From a virus, in the IMG/VR virus record IMGVR_UViG_646311944_000001, positions 1 through 29,707 of that record: a DNA stretch of 29,707 nucleotides. One strand, 5' to 3'. Positions within the stretch are counted from its first letter, which is position 1. Every line of letters starts with the position of its first letter. Under the pieces are notes generated by a model. The model saw nothing but the letters and a program-made list of their open reading frames with translations. It was not told the origin of the DNA and searched no databases. The position numbers were made by a program, and so were the translations under genes. Shown here piece after piece: positions 17,401 to 25,036 of this stretch.

Positions 17401-17420
17401 TTAGAATTTTTAAATTCTGA
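17401..17420. promoter_or_regulatory. Palindromic late-promoter/operator element TTAGAATTTTTAAATTCTGA
   Basis: 19/20 match to 766-785; ~70 nt upstream of head/tail operon. Confidence 0.65.
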
Positions 17421-17479
17421 TTTTATCTGTAAATTTAAATTTATAAATACTCAATTCGAAAAAATAAAAAAGTTCTTCC

Positions 17480-17917
17480 CTAAGTTCTTCCCTTCAACGG
17501 TCTCCCGTCTTTCTTTAATAATACTTGGCCATAAATTCTATACCTCCGATATAATTCCTTACACCACCTGTAACTAATCCCAACTTTTTCGGCTATATCT
17601 TTTAGAGTCATTCCCTCTTCAAACATTTTTTCGATTAACTTTAATTCTTTATTTGATAATGAGTATTTCCTTTTATTTCTTTTATTTTCTTTCTCCAGAT
17701 AACGTAAATCAATTAAAAAATAGATAACCTCCCCATTCAACCCCTTTACCTTTGAGATTATTTTCTTTTTCATCAGCTGTCTTAATCTTTGAGAAATATG
17801 TCCCAAACCATTGCCCGCATCTATATTATAAACTTCTCTAATCTCTCTCGTCGATACTGCCCCACCATTATTGATTATTAAGTTTAGAAGCTCTTCCTGA
17901 GAAACCATCTTTATCAC
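17480..17917 (-). CDS. Double-HTH transcription regulator (candidate late-gene activator)
   Basis: N-terminal winged HTH and C-terminal HTH (GMTLKDIAEKVGISYRWCKELY); start may be ATG 17908. Confidence 0.7.
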   Translation of the reverse strand: MIKMVSQEELLNLIINNGGAVSTREIREVYNIDAGNGLGHISQRLRQLMKKKIISKVKGLNGEVIYFLIDLRYLEKENKRNKRKYSLSNKELKLIEKMFEEGMTLKDIAEKVGISYRWCKELYRRYRIYGQVLLKKDGRPLKGRT

Positions 17918-18032
17918 TTTTTATTTGTATTATTAGTTTATCCCCATAATCTCTAACATCTAAAACATCTAAAAAATATTTTGCAACAGCCCTAACAACA
18001 TCCAACGCTAACCTTCCTTGCCTAACTCCCAT
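17868..18032 (-). CDS. Small 54-aa ORF (MGVRQGRLALDVVRAVAKYFLDVLDVRDYGDKLIIQIK...), not in the ORF track
   Basis: Translated by hand; GGTGG RBS; overlaps next gene by ~50 nt. Confidence 0.45.
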   Translation of the reverse strand: MGVRQGRLALDVVRAVAKYFLDVLDVRDYGDKLIIQIKSDKDGFSGRASKLNNQ

Positions 18033-18136
18033 AGAACCACCTAAAAATAAAAAAGATATTTGGAATTATTTTAATAATCAACTCTATTCTCTCAGTTCTA
18101 CATTTATGCTTTATTGGCATAAAACCACCAAAAAGT

Positions 18137-18421
18137 TTATTCTAAAATCTCAACTTTAATCTTCTTAATCTTACATTTCTCATAATACTCCTTACTTTTA
18201 ACTAAAATATCGTAATCCTCATAATCTTCAACTTTATTTCCTTCCAATTTTGCAATTTCTTTTATTTCCTCCAACTCATCGTTTATCCCATCTAAAACAA
18301 CATCTAAAAACTCTTTAGCATCTTCCTCAGTAGGAAAACTCAAAGTGAAGGTTCTACAACATTCATTACACGTTACCTTAGCTATTTTACCATTTTCATC
18401 CACAATAACCCACATCTCCAT
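18137..18421 (-). CDS. Hypothetical protein (CNEC motif)
   Basis: GGTGAT RBS; acidic ORF in early operon. Confidence 0.7.
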   Translation of the reverse strand: MEMWVIVDENGKIAKVTCNECCRTFTLSFPTEEDAKEFLDVVLDGINDELEEIKEIAKLEGNKVEDYEDYDILVKSKEYYEKCKIKKIKVEILE

Positions 18422-18449
18422 TTTATCACCAAAAAAGTTTAAAAAAGAA

Positions 18450-19175
18450 TTATTGCCCGTAAGTGATAATCACATACGACTTTCTCTTTTTTGCCTCAGC
18501 TATTACCATCTGCAAATACTTTGGCTCAATAATATGTTTTAGTGCGTTCCTTATCGCCTTTGAAGCTAAAACAGTATATTTAAACTCCTCTCCCATTCTA
18601 CCAGGACTTATCCTTTCAGCAGTCCCCACCATAACAATATTCCTTCTCAAATCCCTAACCCTACATGTTGCTATAATTTTTCCATTAACTTCTTGGAAAG
18701 TTGGTGGCTCTACCTCAATATTTCCCTGCATCCTCATTGCTTTAACAATCCCAGCCCATGAGAGGATTATCTTCTCCTTTCCTGTTTTTTTATCTGGATA
18801 AGTATATGCCAAAGGTAGATGCTCATTAGCTTCATCCAATAACATCAAATCCTCATCTAACGTGTCCATCTTTTCAATAACATTATCTAATGTCTCTACA
18901 TTTTCAACAGTTTTCTCTAAGACAACCATTGCATTGTTTGATGCTTTAACTTCAACATTATTTCCATTTGTCTTCATCTTCTCCTCCTCCCTAAGTTTTT
19001 TAAATTCATCTTTTAGATTTAAGTTCTCTAACCATTTAACAAACGCAGCTGATTCAGCAATCCAATTATTGTGCTCCTTCATAATCTCCTCTACTTGCTT
19101 TCTAATCCCATCTGGTGTTATTTCCGTTCCATACACATTTTTATGTGCCTTTGAAGCTAATTCATACTTGCACAT
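18450..19175 (-). CDS. Putative Rad52/ERF-like single-strand annealing protein
   Basis: ILSWAGIV...ATCRVRDL...GTA...LASKAIRNALK pattern resembles Rad52-superfamily core. Confidence 0.5.
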   Translation of the reverse strand: MCKYELASKAHKNVYGTEITPDGIRKQVEEIMKEHNNWIAESAAFVKWLENLNLKDEFKKLREEEKMKTNGNNVEVKASNNAMVVLEKTVENVETLDNVIEKMDTLDEDLMLLDEANEHLPLAYTYPDKKTGKEKIILSWAGIVKAMRMQGNIEVEPPTFQEVNGKIIATCRVRDLRRNIVMVGTAERISPGRMGEEFKYTVLASKAIRNALKHIIEPKYLQMVIAEAKKRKSYVIITYGQ

Positions 19176-19399
19176 ACTTCCAACCTCCTCTTGTGTAAAT
19201 CCTCATTTTCCTTCCTTTTAATTGCCTTCTTAGCCCTTTTCCACGCTCTAAGACCAACTCGTCTAACACAACAACCGAAACCTTCCAACATTTCTTTCGT
19301 TTCTCTAAACTCCTCCTCCGACCCGCAAACCCCATAACTATCAACCTTTCCATCAAATTCAACAACAAAATAGATTTTATTTGATGAACACCGCATCAT
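19157..19399 (-). CDS. Hypothetical protein
   Basis: GGAGGG RBS; overlaps both neighbours in operon fashion. Confidence 0.55.
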   Translation of the reverse strand: MMRCSSNKIYFVVEFDGKVDSYGVCGSEEEFRETKEMLEGFGCCVRRVGLRAWKRAKKAIKRKENEDLHKRRLEVCASMN

Positions 19400-19553
19400 A
19401 ACCCTCCCTCCTAATATCAGAGCATAACCTAACTCTTAGTTCCCTAATCAAATCCTCAGCTTCCTCCAACTTCAAAATCGCTCCAACAGTGTCTCCATTA
19501 TTATAATCACTCTTAGCCCTCTCCAAAACCTCAATAGCTTTATTTATTTGCAT
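19377..19553 (-). CDS. Hypothetical helical protein (MQINKAIEVLERAK...)
   Basis: AGGTGG RBS before ATG 19553. Confidence 0.65.
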   Translation of the reverse strand: MQINKAIEVLERAKSDYNNGDTVGAILKLEEAEDLIRELRVRLCSDIRREGYDAVFIK

Positions 19554-19624
19554 ATTCCCACCTATACGTTGATTATATATAACCAAAACATTTATGAATA
19601 GAAAATTAGAAAAACAAAAAGTGC

Positions 19625-19909
19625 TTAGGCAGTTATCTCTGCAACTGATACTCCATAAATATCTTCAATCAACGCAGCTAAATAGCCATTATCTTCTATA
19701 GCTTCGATTATATCCTCCTTCTTTATGGTCTTCCTTCCTGATTTTTGTGCGTTCATTCTTGCTTTAACTAAAATCTCAATCAAAATCTTTCGCAAATAGT
19801 TGTTAAGTTCCTCAACTGCCTCATTAGAAATCCTGAAATCATAACCGCTTTTAGGATAGTTATCCACAATCTCCTTCATCGTCCTTTTTAACGTAGCCTT
19901 AGGGATCAT
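19625..19909 (-). CDS. Archaeal histone-fold protein with C-terminal extension
   Basis: IPKATLKRTMK...RISNEAVEEL...AQKSGRKTIKKEDI histone signature; GAGGTGA RBS. Confidence 0.9.
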   Translation of the reverse strand: MIPKATLKRTMKEIVDNYPKSGYDFRISNEAVEELNNYLRKILIEILVKARMNAQKSGRKTIKKEDIIEAIEDNGYLAALIEDIYGVSVAEITA

Positions 19910-19913
19910 ACTC

Positions 19914-20531
19914 TCACCTCAGCTTTTTAATGTCAGAATCCAAATCTTTTAATTTTTTTATCAAATTTTTGACGTTGTTAATCTCTTTAACAACATCAGA
20001 AGTATCCTCTCCAAACTTGTATAATTGATACTCCTTTTCTTCCAAAAAACCAAGATATTCCTCTAAATATTCAATTGTTCTTCTCAAAGAAAATTTATCA
20101 ATTTTTACAAAAATTCGCTCTCCAATCTCTTTAGCCAACTTTTCATCCCAAATAATGTATCTGAAATATTCCTTGTTCTTACCCTTAAATACCCAATACT
20201 CTCCTTTATTTTTTAAATCCACCATTATAAACTCATCATTAAACTCCTCTAAAGGATTACACCCACGACCCCACATTCTTAACCATCCCTCTCCCTTTAC
20301 AAACTCGGATATTCTATATGGAACATCAAACCAGTACTCACATCTTGTTATTGGGATCGCTTTCCCATTTTCTAAAACATATATTCCCCAAAGTAATTCC
20401 ACTATACCCCGTTCCTTACGGATTATATAACCATCTTCCGTCTCAAACGACTCACCAATCTTCATATTTTCCAAAAACTCTTTCAACTCCTCATCTTTTA
20501 ACTCAACCCCATTAATCCTCAATCTCCTCAT
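19914..20531 (-). CDS. Hypothetical protein (MRRLRINGVEL...)
   Basis: GAGGCGAT RBS before ATG 20531; first gene of leftward early operon. Confidence 0.7.
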   Translation of the reverse strand: MRRLRINGVELKDEELKEFLENMKIGESFETEDGYIIRKERGIVELLWGIYVLENGKAIPITRCEYWFDVPYRISEFVKGEGWLRMWGRGCNPLEEFNDEFIMVDLKNKGEYWVFKGKNKEYFRYIIWDEKLAKEIGERIFVKIDKFSLRRTIEYLEEYLGFLEEKEYQLYKFGEDTSDVVKEINNVKNLIKKLKDLDSDIKKLR

Positions 20532-20640
20532 AATTATCGCCTCTAAGTTTTTTATAAACAAAGAAATAATGAGCTTCATCCCGCCCGTCTTTTAAAAAAT
20601 TTATTTTGCAGTGTGGGGGAGGGTCTCTCAAGGCTTACAT

Positions 20641-20691
20641 CCCACCCAATCAGCAGGCCCATTTCAGGACCTGCCTCATATACTTGGGTGG
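20641..20691 (-). ncRNA. Structured leader RNA with K-turn-like motif and GAAA loop
   Basis: Nested 8-bp stems with tandem G.A/A.G pairs; G.U wobble favours minus strand. Confidence 0.45.
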
Positions 20692-20766
20692 TCATTATGA
20701 TATGTCATTATGTTATGACATGTCATATTTCTATGACTTGTTTTATAATTGTGGAGATATAAAAAC
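20691..20766 (-). promoter_or_regulatory. Leftward early promoter with three GTCAT-N6-ATG(A/T)C operators
   Basis: TATA-like TTTTTATATC on minus strand; operators at 20691, 20704, 20722; 33-bp identity to 24565-24597 inverted. Confidence 0.75.
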
Positions 20767-20878
20767 CTTTCTCTATAAATTTGTTAATAGTAGATATTAA
20801 AAAAGTTAATACTAATAATTAAAAATATAAATAAAAAGCACAATATAAAAAATTACATACTTTCTGAGGTAGGACAAA

Positions 20879-21079
20879 ATGAGGCACAAAAATAAAGGAT
20901 TTAAAATTAAAAGATATAAAAAAATTGGGAAATATAGAAGAAAATACTATATAAGCAGGGAGGAATTTGAAAAAATAGAAGAGATTTTAGATATTTGTTT
21001 AGTTAAGGCAATGGAAGAAACAAAAGACGATGAATTATTAACTTACGATGAAATAAAAGGATTATTGGGAGATAAATGA
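20879..21079 (+). CDS. relB: RelB-type antitoxin
   Basis: ISREEFEKIEEILD...AMEETKDDELLTYDEIK closely resembles M. jannaschii RelB; overlaps relE. Confidence 0.8.
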   Translation: MRHKNKGFKIKRYKKIGKYRRKYYISREEFEKIEEILDICLVKAMEETKDDELLTYDEIKGLLGDK

Positions 21080-21342
21080 AAGTGTTGTTTGCCAAAACAT
21101 TTGCTAAGGATTTAAAGAATGTTCCAAGGCATGTAAGAAAAAGGATAAAGTTGATAATTGAAAACTTTCAAAATGCTAAATCGTTAAATGATTTAAACTT
21201 AGACATTAAGAAAATAAAGGGTTATCAAAATTATTACAGAATTAGAGTTGGAAATTATAGAGTAGGTATTGAAATTAATGGAGATACAATTATTTTTAGA
21301 AGGGTTTTGCATAGGAAAAACATATACGATTATTTTCCATAA
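21076..21342 (+). CDS. relE: RelE-type mRNA interferase toxin
   Basis: IKKIKGYQNYYRIRVGNYRVG...VLHRKNIY RelE signature. Confidence 0.93.
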   Translation: MKVLFAKTFAKDLKNVPRHVRKRIKLIIENFQNAKSLNDLNLDIKKIKGYQNYYRIRVGNYRVGIEINGDTIIFRRVLHRKNIYDYFP

Positions 21343-21346
21343 TTAA

Positions 21347-21484
21347 TTAATCAGAGCCAAATATTTTCTCCCTACCTCCTAATTTAAAATACCAAATCCA
21401 AATGCCTATGCCAATAACTGCTATAATTGCAAAAGAAATGAATGAAATAATTAAAAATAACGTCTGCCCTTCTATAACTATCAA
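21347..21484 (-). CDS. Small ~45-aa single-TM protein, not in the ORF track
   Basis: Translated by hand (...TLFLIISFISFAIIAVIGIGIWIWYFKLGG...); TTG start uncertain. Confidence 0.4.
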   Translation of the reverse strand: MIVIEGQTLFLIISFISFAIIAVIGIGIWIWYFKLGGREKIFGSD

Positions 21485-21561
21485 CTCCTTTTTTATTATC
21501 TTTATACTAAATTATATTAATTTACTATTTATTTTATAGGTTTGCCATAGGACCAGATGAA

Positions 21562-22335
21562 TTATTCTACTAAAACACTTATCTCATCTTCCCTTCTACT
21601 CCATAAAAACGGCTCAATATCATACTTATATAAAGCGTTAATCATGTCTTCAGAAGGCTTTCTCTCAGTGTCATTAATTATTGCTATTCTCTTAACCTCT
21701 TCATCCCTAATTGTATTTTTCACATCCTCAAAGGCAAATATTGTTGAATTGATAATTCTTTTTTCAGGTCTGCTAATTATACCAACTATTTTTTTAGTTT
21801 TAATTTCTCCATAATTCAATATTTCCAAAAATCTATGTTTTAAACCACTTCTACCACCGACATCTCTTTTCCTATATGGAATTTTCTTTTTCTCAAAATA
21901 CATCTCAACATCTTCCCAGAATATTGACCTAACCTTATGTTGAGCCAATAAATGAAACCCATCAACTGCAAGAATTGCTTGAATCATATTATTGAAATAT
22001 AATGGAAACTCATCCTTATTGGCAATTATAACTATTTCCCTACCTTCAAGATGAGCCCCAAAACCATTTAATACTGTTTTCAATTCATATAATCTTTTTT
22101 CAGTATTAATATCAACTCCTGCCACCTCAAGATTATCTAAAGTATTGCCATCATCAGTAAGTATAATCGAATCTCCCACAACCTTCATATAAAATTGAAT
22201 TAAATCATTAGATTTATCAATAAACGGTGTTGTTATTTCAACCCACTCCCCCCCATTTTCCAATATGATGTTTTCCCTTAGCCAATTAAAGTATTCATCA
22301 ATAAATTTTTCAATAAGTTTAATAGAATTTGACAT
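21562..22335 (-). CDS. DUF1828/DUF1829-like protein
   Basis: VEITTPFID...DLIQFY...ILTDDGNTL (DUF1828-like) plus C-terminal nuclease-like region; GAGGTG RBS before ATG 22335. Confidence 0.75.
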   Translation of the reverse strand: MSNSIKLIEKFIDEYFNWLRENIILENGGEWVEITTPFIDKSNDLIQFYMKVVGDSIILTDDGNTLDNLEVAGVDINTEKRLYELKTVLNGFGAHLEGREIVIIANKDEFPLYFNNMIQAILAVDGFHLLAQHKVRSIFWEDVEMYFEKKKIPYRKRDVGGRSGLKHRFLEILNYGEIKTKKIVGIISRPEKRIINSTIFAFEDVKNTIRDEEVKRIAIINDTERKPSEDMINALYKYDIEPFLWSRREDEISVLVE

Positions 22336-22837
22336 AAATCCACACCTCATTTACTGGAAACTTAATATTAGGGGCTTTTACAACTTTACAATAATCAAGG
22401 AACTCCTGCGTAATTTGAATAATGTTTTTATCTGAGATATTTAACTTTTCAATCTCCTCAATAGGAACTGCCCATTTATCATCATAGCCCTCTACATAAA
22501 TATGTAAATGAGGGCCTTTAATAGTCTTTCCAACATAACGACTCAATAAATTTATAAGGGAGTTGTGAGAATCATATAACGGGGGAAGTTTAGGAGGATT
22601 TCTATGTGGAGGACCATAATGTAAGTCCAACCTCCTTAAGATATATCGCTTCCTTGCAATGTTTGTATAGGATATTTTAATCTTATTTGATTTACTATAC
22701 TTTCTATAAATATCTATATAGTAACTTTCAGTCCCATCCTTAGATTTAAGATTTATCCTGGATTTCCCACCGTTATTAGGGAATGGCACATCATTGTCCA
22801 ATGAAATCTTTGGTATATTAAATAGTTGCTCTGCCAT
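22319..22837 (-). CDS. DUF6978-like protein
   Basis: LRRLDL..GPPHRNP...GPHLHIYVEGYDDKWAVP motif; overlaps downstream partner; true start possibly ATT at 22855. Confidence 0.7.
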   Translation of the reverse strand: MAEQLFNIPKISLDNDVPFPNNGGKSRINLKSKDGTESYYIDIYRKYSKSNKIKISYTNIARKRYILRRLDLHYGPPHRNPPKLPPLYDSHNSLINLLSRYVGKTIKGPHLHIYVEGYDDKWAVPIEEIEKLNISDKNIIQITQEFLDYCKVVKAPNIKFPVNEVWIYVKFY

Positions 22838-22882
22838 AGTTTGGGTTAGTGAAATTGTCCCACCTCCACGGCTTAATTACTT

Positions 22883-23389
22883 CTATGAAACAGTGAAAGC
22901 AATATAAAGAATAATATAAAGCATAACTGCAACAAGAAAATACTCAAAAACTTTTTTATGCCTTATAATTAGTTTTTTAGCATTTTTATTAATCTTTTTA
23001 AGGTTGAATTGTTTGGATTTTGACTTATTAGATTTCTTTTTATCCTTATCTTTTGGTGAGCCAAATTTCTTACAAACATAAATTTCATACTCTTTAATAT
23101 TTTTATTCCATAATATTGAAACACCTATACCGATACGGTTATATTTGTTGCTGAGTATATGTTTTCTATGGTTAGGATTTCTTAACCACTCCTTAACAAT
23201 CCTCTTAGCGACAGTTGTATGAGTCTCTCCCTTTACGGCATAATGAACTGTGCAGTTCTTCCTCTTTAATGCTTCCCTATTGGCTGACTTCGTTAGTGAC
23301 TTACTCAGCTTTAATGGCTTTAACTTCCTACGCTTTCTTTCTTTATTTATCACCTCATGTAATCTTTTTCTTAACCGTTGCGGTTCCAT
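22883..23389 (-). CDS. CAP/SCP-domain protein with basic linker and C-terminal TM anchor
   Basis: INKERKRRKLKPL...WLRNPNHRKHIL...IGIGV CAP signature; hydrophobic C-terminus; GGTGGG RBS before ATG 23389. Confidence 0.75.
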   Translation of the reverse strand: MEPQRLRKRLHEVINKERKRRKLKPLKLSKSLTKSANREALKRKNCTVHYAVKGETHTTVAKRIVKEWLRNPNHRKHILSNKYNRIGIGVSILWNKNIKEYEIYVCKKFGSPKDKDKKKSNKSKSKQFNLKKINKNAKKLIIRHKKVFEYFLVAVMLYIILYIAFTVS

Positions 23390-23480
23390 GACCCCCACCA
23401 ATTTTTGAAATAAAAAACTCAATAGATAAGCTTTATTTTTGTTACTTAACTACAATTTTTATACAACACCCCATAACTGG

Positions 23481-23834
23481 TTACAAGTTAAGTATGTTAA
23501 AATACGGCATTTTTATTTTATTCAAAAATTCATCTTTTTTCCCTATAGAGAGGTATTCAATAAATTTTTCTACTAAATATTCAATATCTTCTTTATCAAT
23601 ATCTATTAATATGATAGGATTTTCTAAAACTACTAATATCATGTCTTCTATATCTTCAATTGTGATAGTACAATACTCTTCTAATTCTATAATTAAAAAA
23701 TATAAGTTTGTTAAAAACTTATTTCGCTCATTTTTATCATATATCATAGCACCAGTCAAACAACCTTCCACATATCTTGACTCGATATATTCATCAATTT
23801 TCTCTTTAATATCATTCATATCCATATTAACCAC
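23481..23834 (-). CDS. Hypothetical protein
   Basis: Acidic ORF contiguous with neighbours. Confidence 0.65.
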   Translation of the reverse strand: MVNMDMNDIKEKIDEYIESRYVEGCLTGAMIYDKNERNKFLTNLYFLIIELEEYCTITIEDIEDMILVVLENPIILIDIDKEDIEYLVEKFIEYLSIGKKDEFLNKIKMPYFNILNL

Positions 23835-23837
23835 TTT

Positions 23838-24080
23838 TCATCTATTCATTCCAAACTCCATTAAATAACTCCGAACAACATCTCTTACTGCTTGATGTAT
23901 GACATCTTCCCCCCTATACCTTAACATTTCTTCAAACTCACCTCTAATGACTTCACAGATGATTTTTTCTCCAAGCTCAATATCTCTTCCACAGTTATCT
24001 TTAACTTTTGTTTTTAAATATTCCAAAACTGCTTCTTTAACACCATCTTTTACTGCCTTATAGTTTTTCCAATTATTCAT
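23838..24080 (-). CDS. Hypothetical protein
   Basis: GGTGAT RBS; downstream of repressor. Confidence 0.7.
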   Translation of the reverse strand: MNNWKNYKAVKDGVKEAVLEYLKTKVKDNCGRDIELGEKIICEVIRGEFEEMLRYRGEDVIHQAVRDVVRSYLMEFGMNR

Positions 24081-24095
24081 AGATTATCACCAAAA

Positions 24096-24431
24096 TTATC
24101 CAACAATTACCGAAACCTTATCATTTTCGTTTATTGAAAATTTAATGGTTTTATTCCCAATTTTTTCAATGAAATCATCTAATTTATATAAAATCAGTGC
24201 ATTTTTACCTTTTTGTGTTATTTTATAGCATGATTTTGGCAACATATATTCTGTCTCTTCTGTCCATTTTTCTACAAGACCTTCTTCAATGAGCTCAGAT
24301 AATAATCTACTTAATGTACCTTGATGTAGTTTAGTCTCTTTTTGAAGCTGACTAAATGTTAATACCCCCTTATTATTAAGTATTTCTAATATTTCTCTAA
24401 CATATTTTTTTGATAAAGTTTTAATTATCAT
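24096..24431 (-). CDS. Winged-HTH regulator (ArsR/HxlR-like), candidate immunity repressor
   Basis: LTFSQLQKETKLHQGTLSRLLSELIEEGLVEK...YKITQKG; divergent from rightward early promoter. Confidence 0.8.
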   Translation of the reverse strand: MIIKTLSKKYVREILEILNNKGVLTFSQLQKETKLHQGTLSRLLSELIEEGLVEKWTEETEYMLPKSCYKITQKGKNALILYKLDDFIEKIGNKTIKFSINENDKVSVIVG

Positions 24432-24552
24432 TCTACTCCCTCCATCTTTAACGTTTTTACGAATTTTTACAACTACTCCTATTTTTATGAGTAGTTATAT
24501 TAATTCGATGCGAGTAAAAATGTGAGAACTACTATTTTTATGACATCGAAAA

Positions 24553-24597
24553 TTTTATATACTACCACAATTATAAAACAAGTCATAGAAATATGAC
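24553..24597 (+). promoter_or_regulatory. Rightward early promoter with GTCAT-N6-ATGAC operator
   Basis: TTTTATATA box at 24553; operator GTCATAGAAATATGAC at 24582-24597. Confidence 0.75.
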
Positions 24598-24617
24598 TCC
24601 TCATAAGGGTGATACTA

Positions 24618-25036
24618 TGACTTACGAACACATGGTTAAATCAATTTTAACCTTACTGGCTACATTTGAACGAAAAAATAGAAGAGTTTTGCTACTATAT
24701 GAGTATGTATTACAGCATAAAAATCTACCTACTGAAGCAATTCCAGTTATTTATTTTATTAAATATAATGATTGGTTTGAAGCATATAAAAATTACTTAA
24801 AAAATAATTTAGACCACATTAACGACTTAGAATATAATGCTTTTTTGATATTAATAGGGGATACTCCTCACATAATGAATTTAGAATTATACGAGTTCTT
24901 TTTAGAAATTTCCAATTTTTCAGAGGAGCAAAAAATGAGGATAATATATAAAATTACCAAAAAAATTAAAGAGGAGGAAAAGTATGTCAGAAGAAATTCG
25001 CAATATCAAAGAACTCCTGAAAAATCCTGTATTTAA
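24618..25036 (+). CDS. Hypothetical protein (replication operon)
   Basis: GGTGAT RBS before ATG 24618; overlaps helicase start. Confidence 0.65.
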
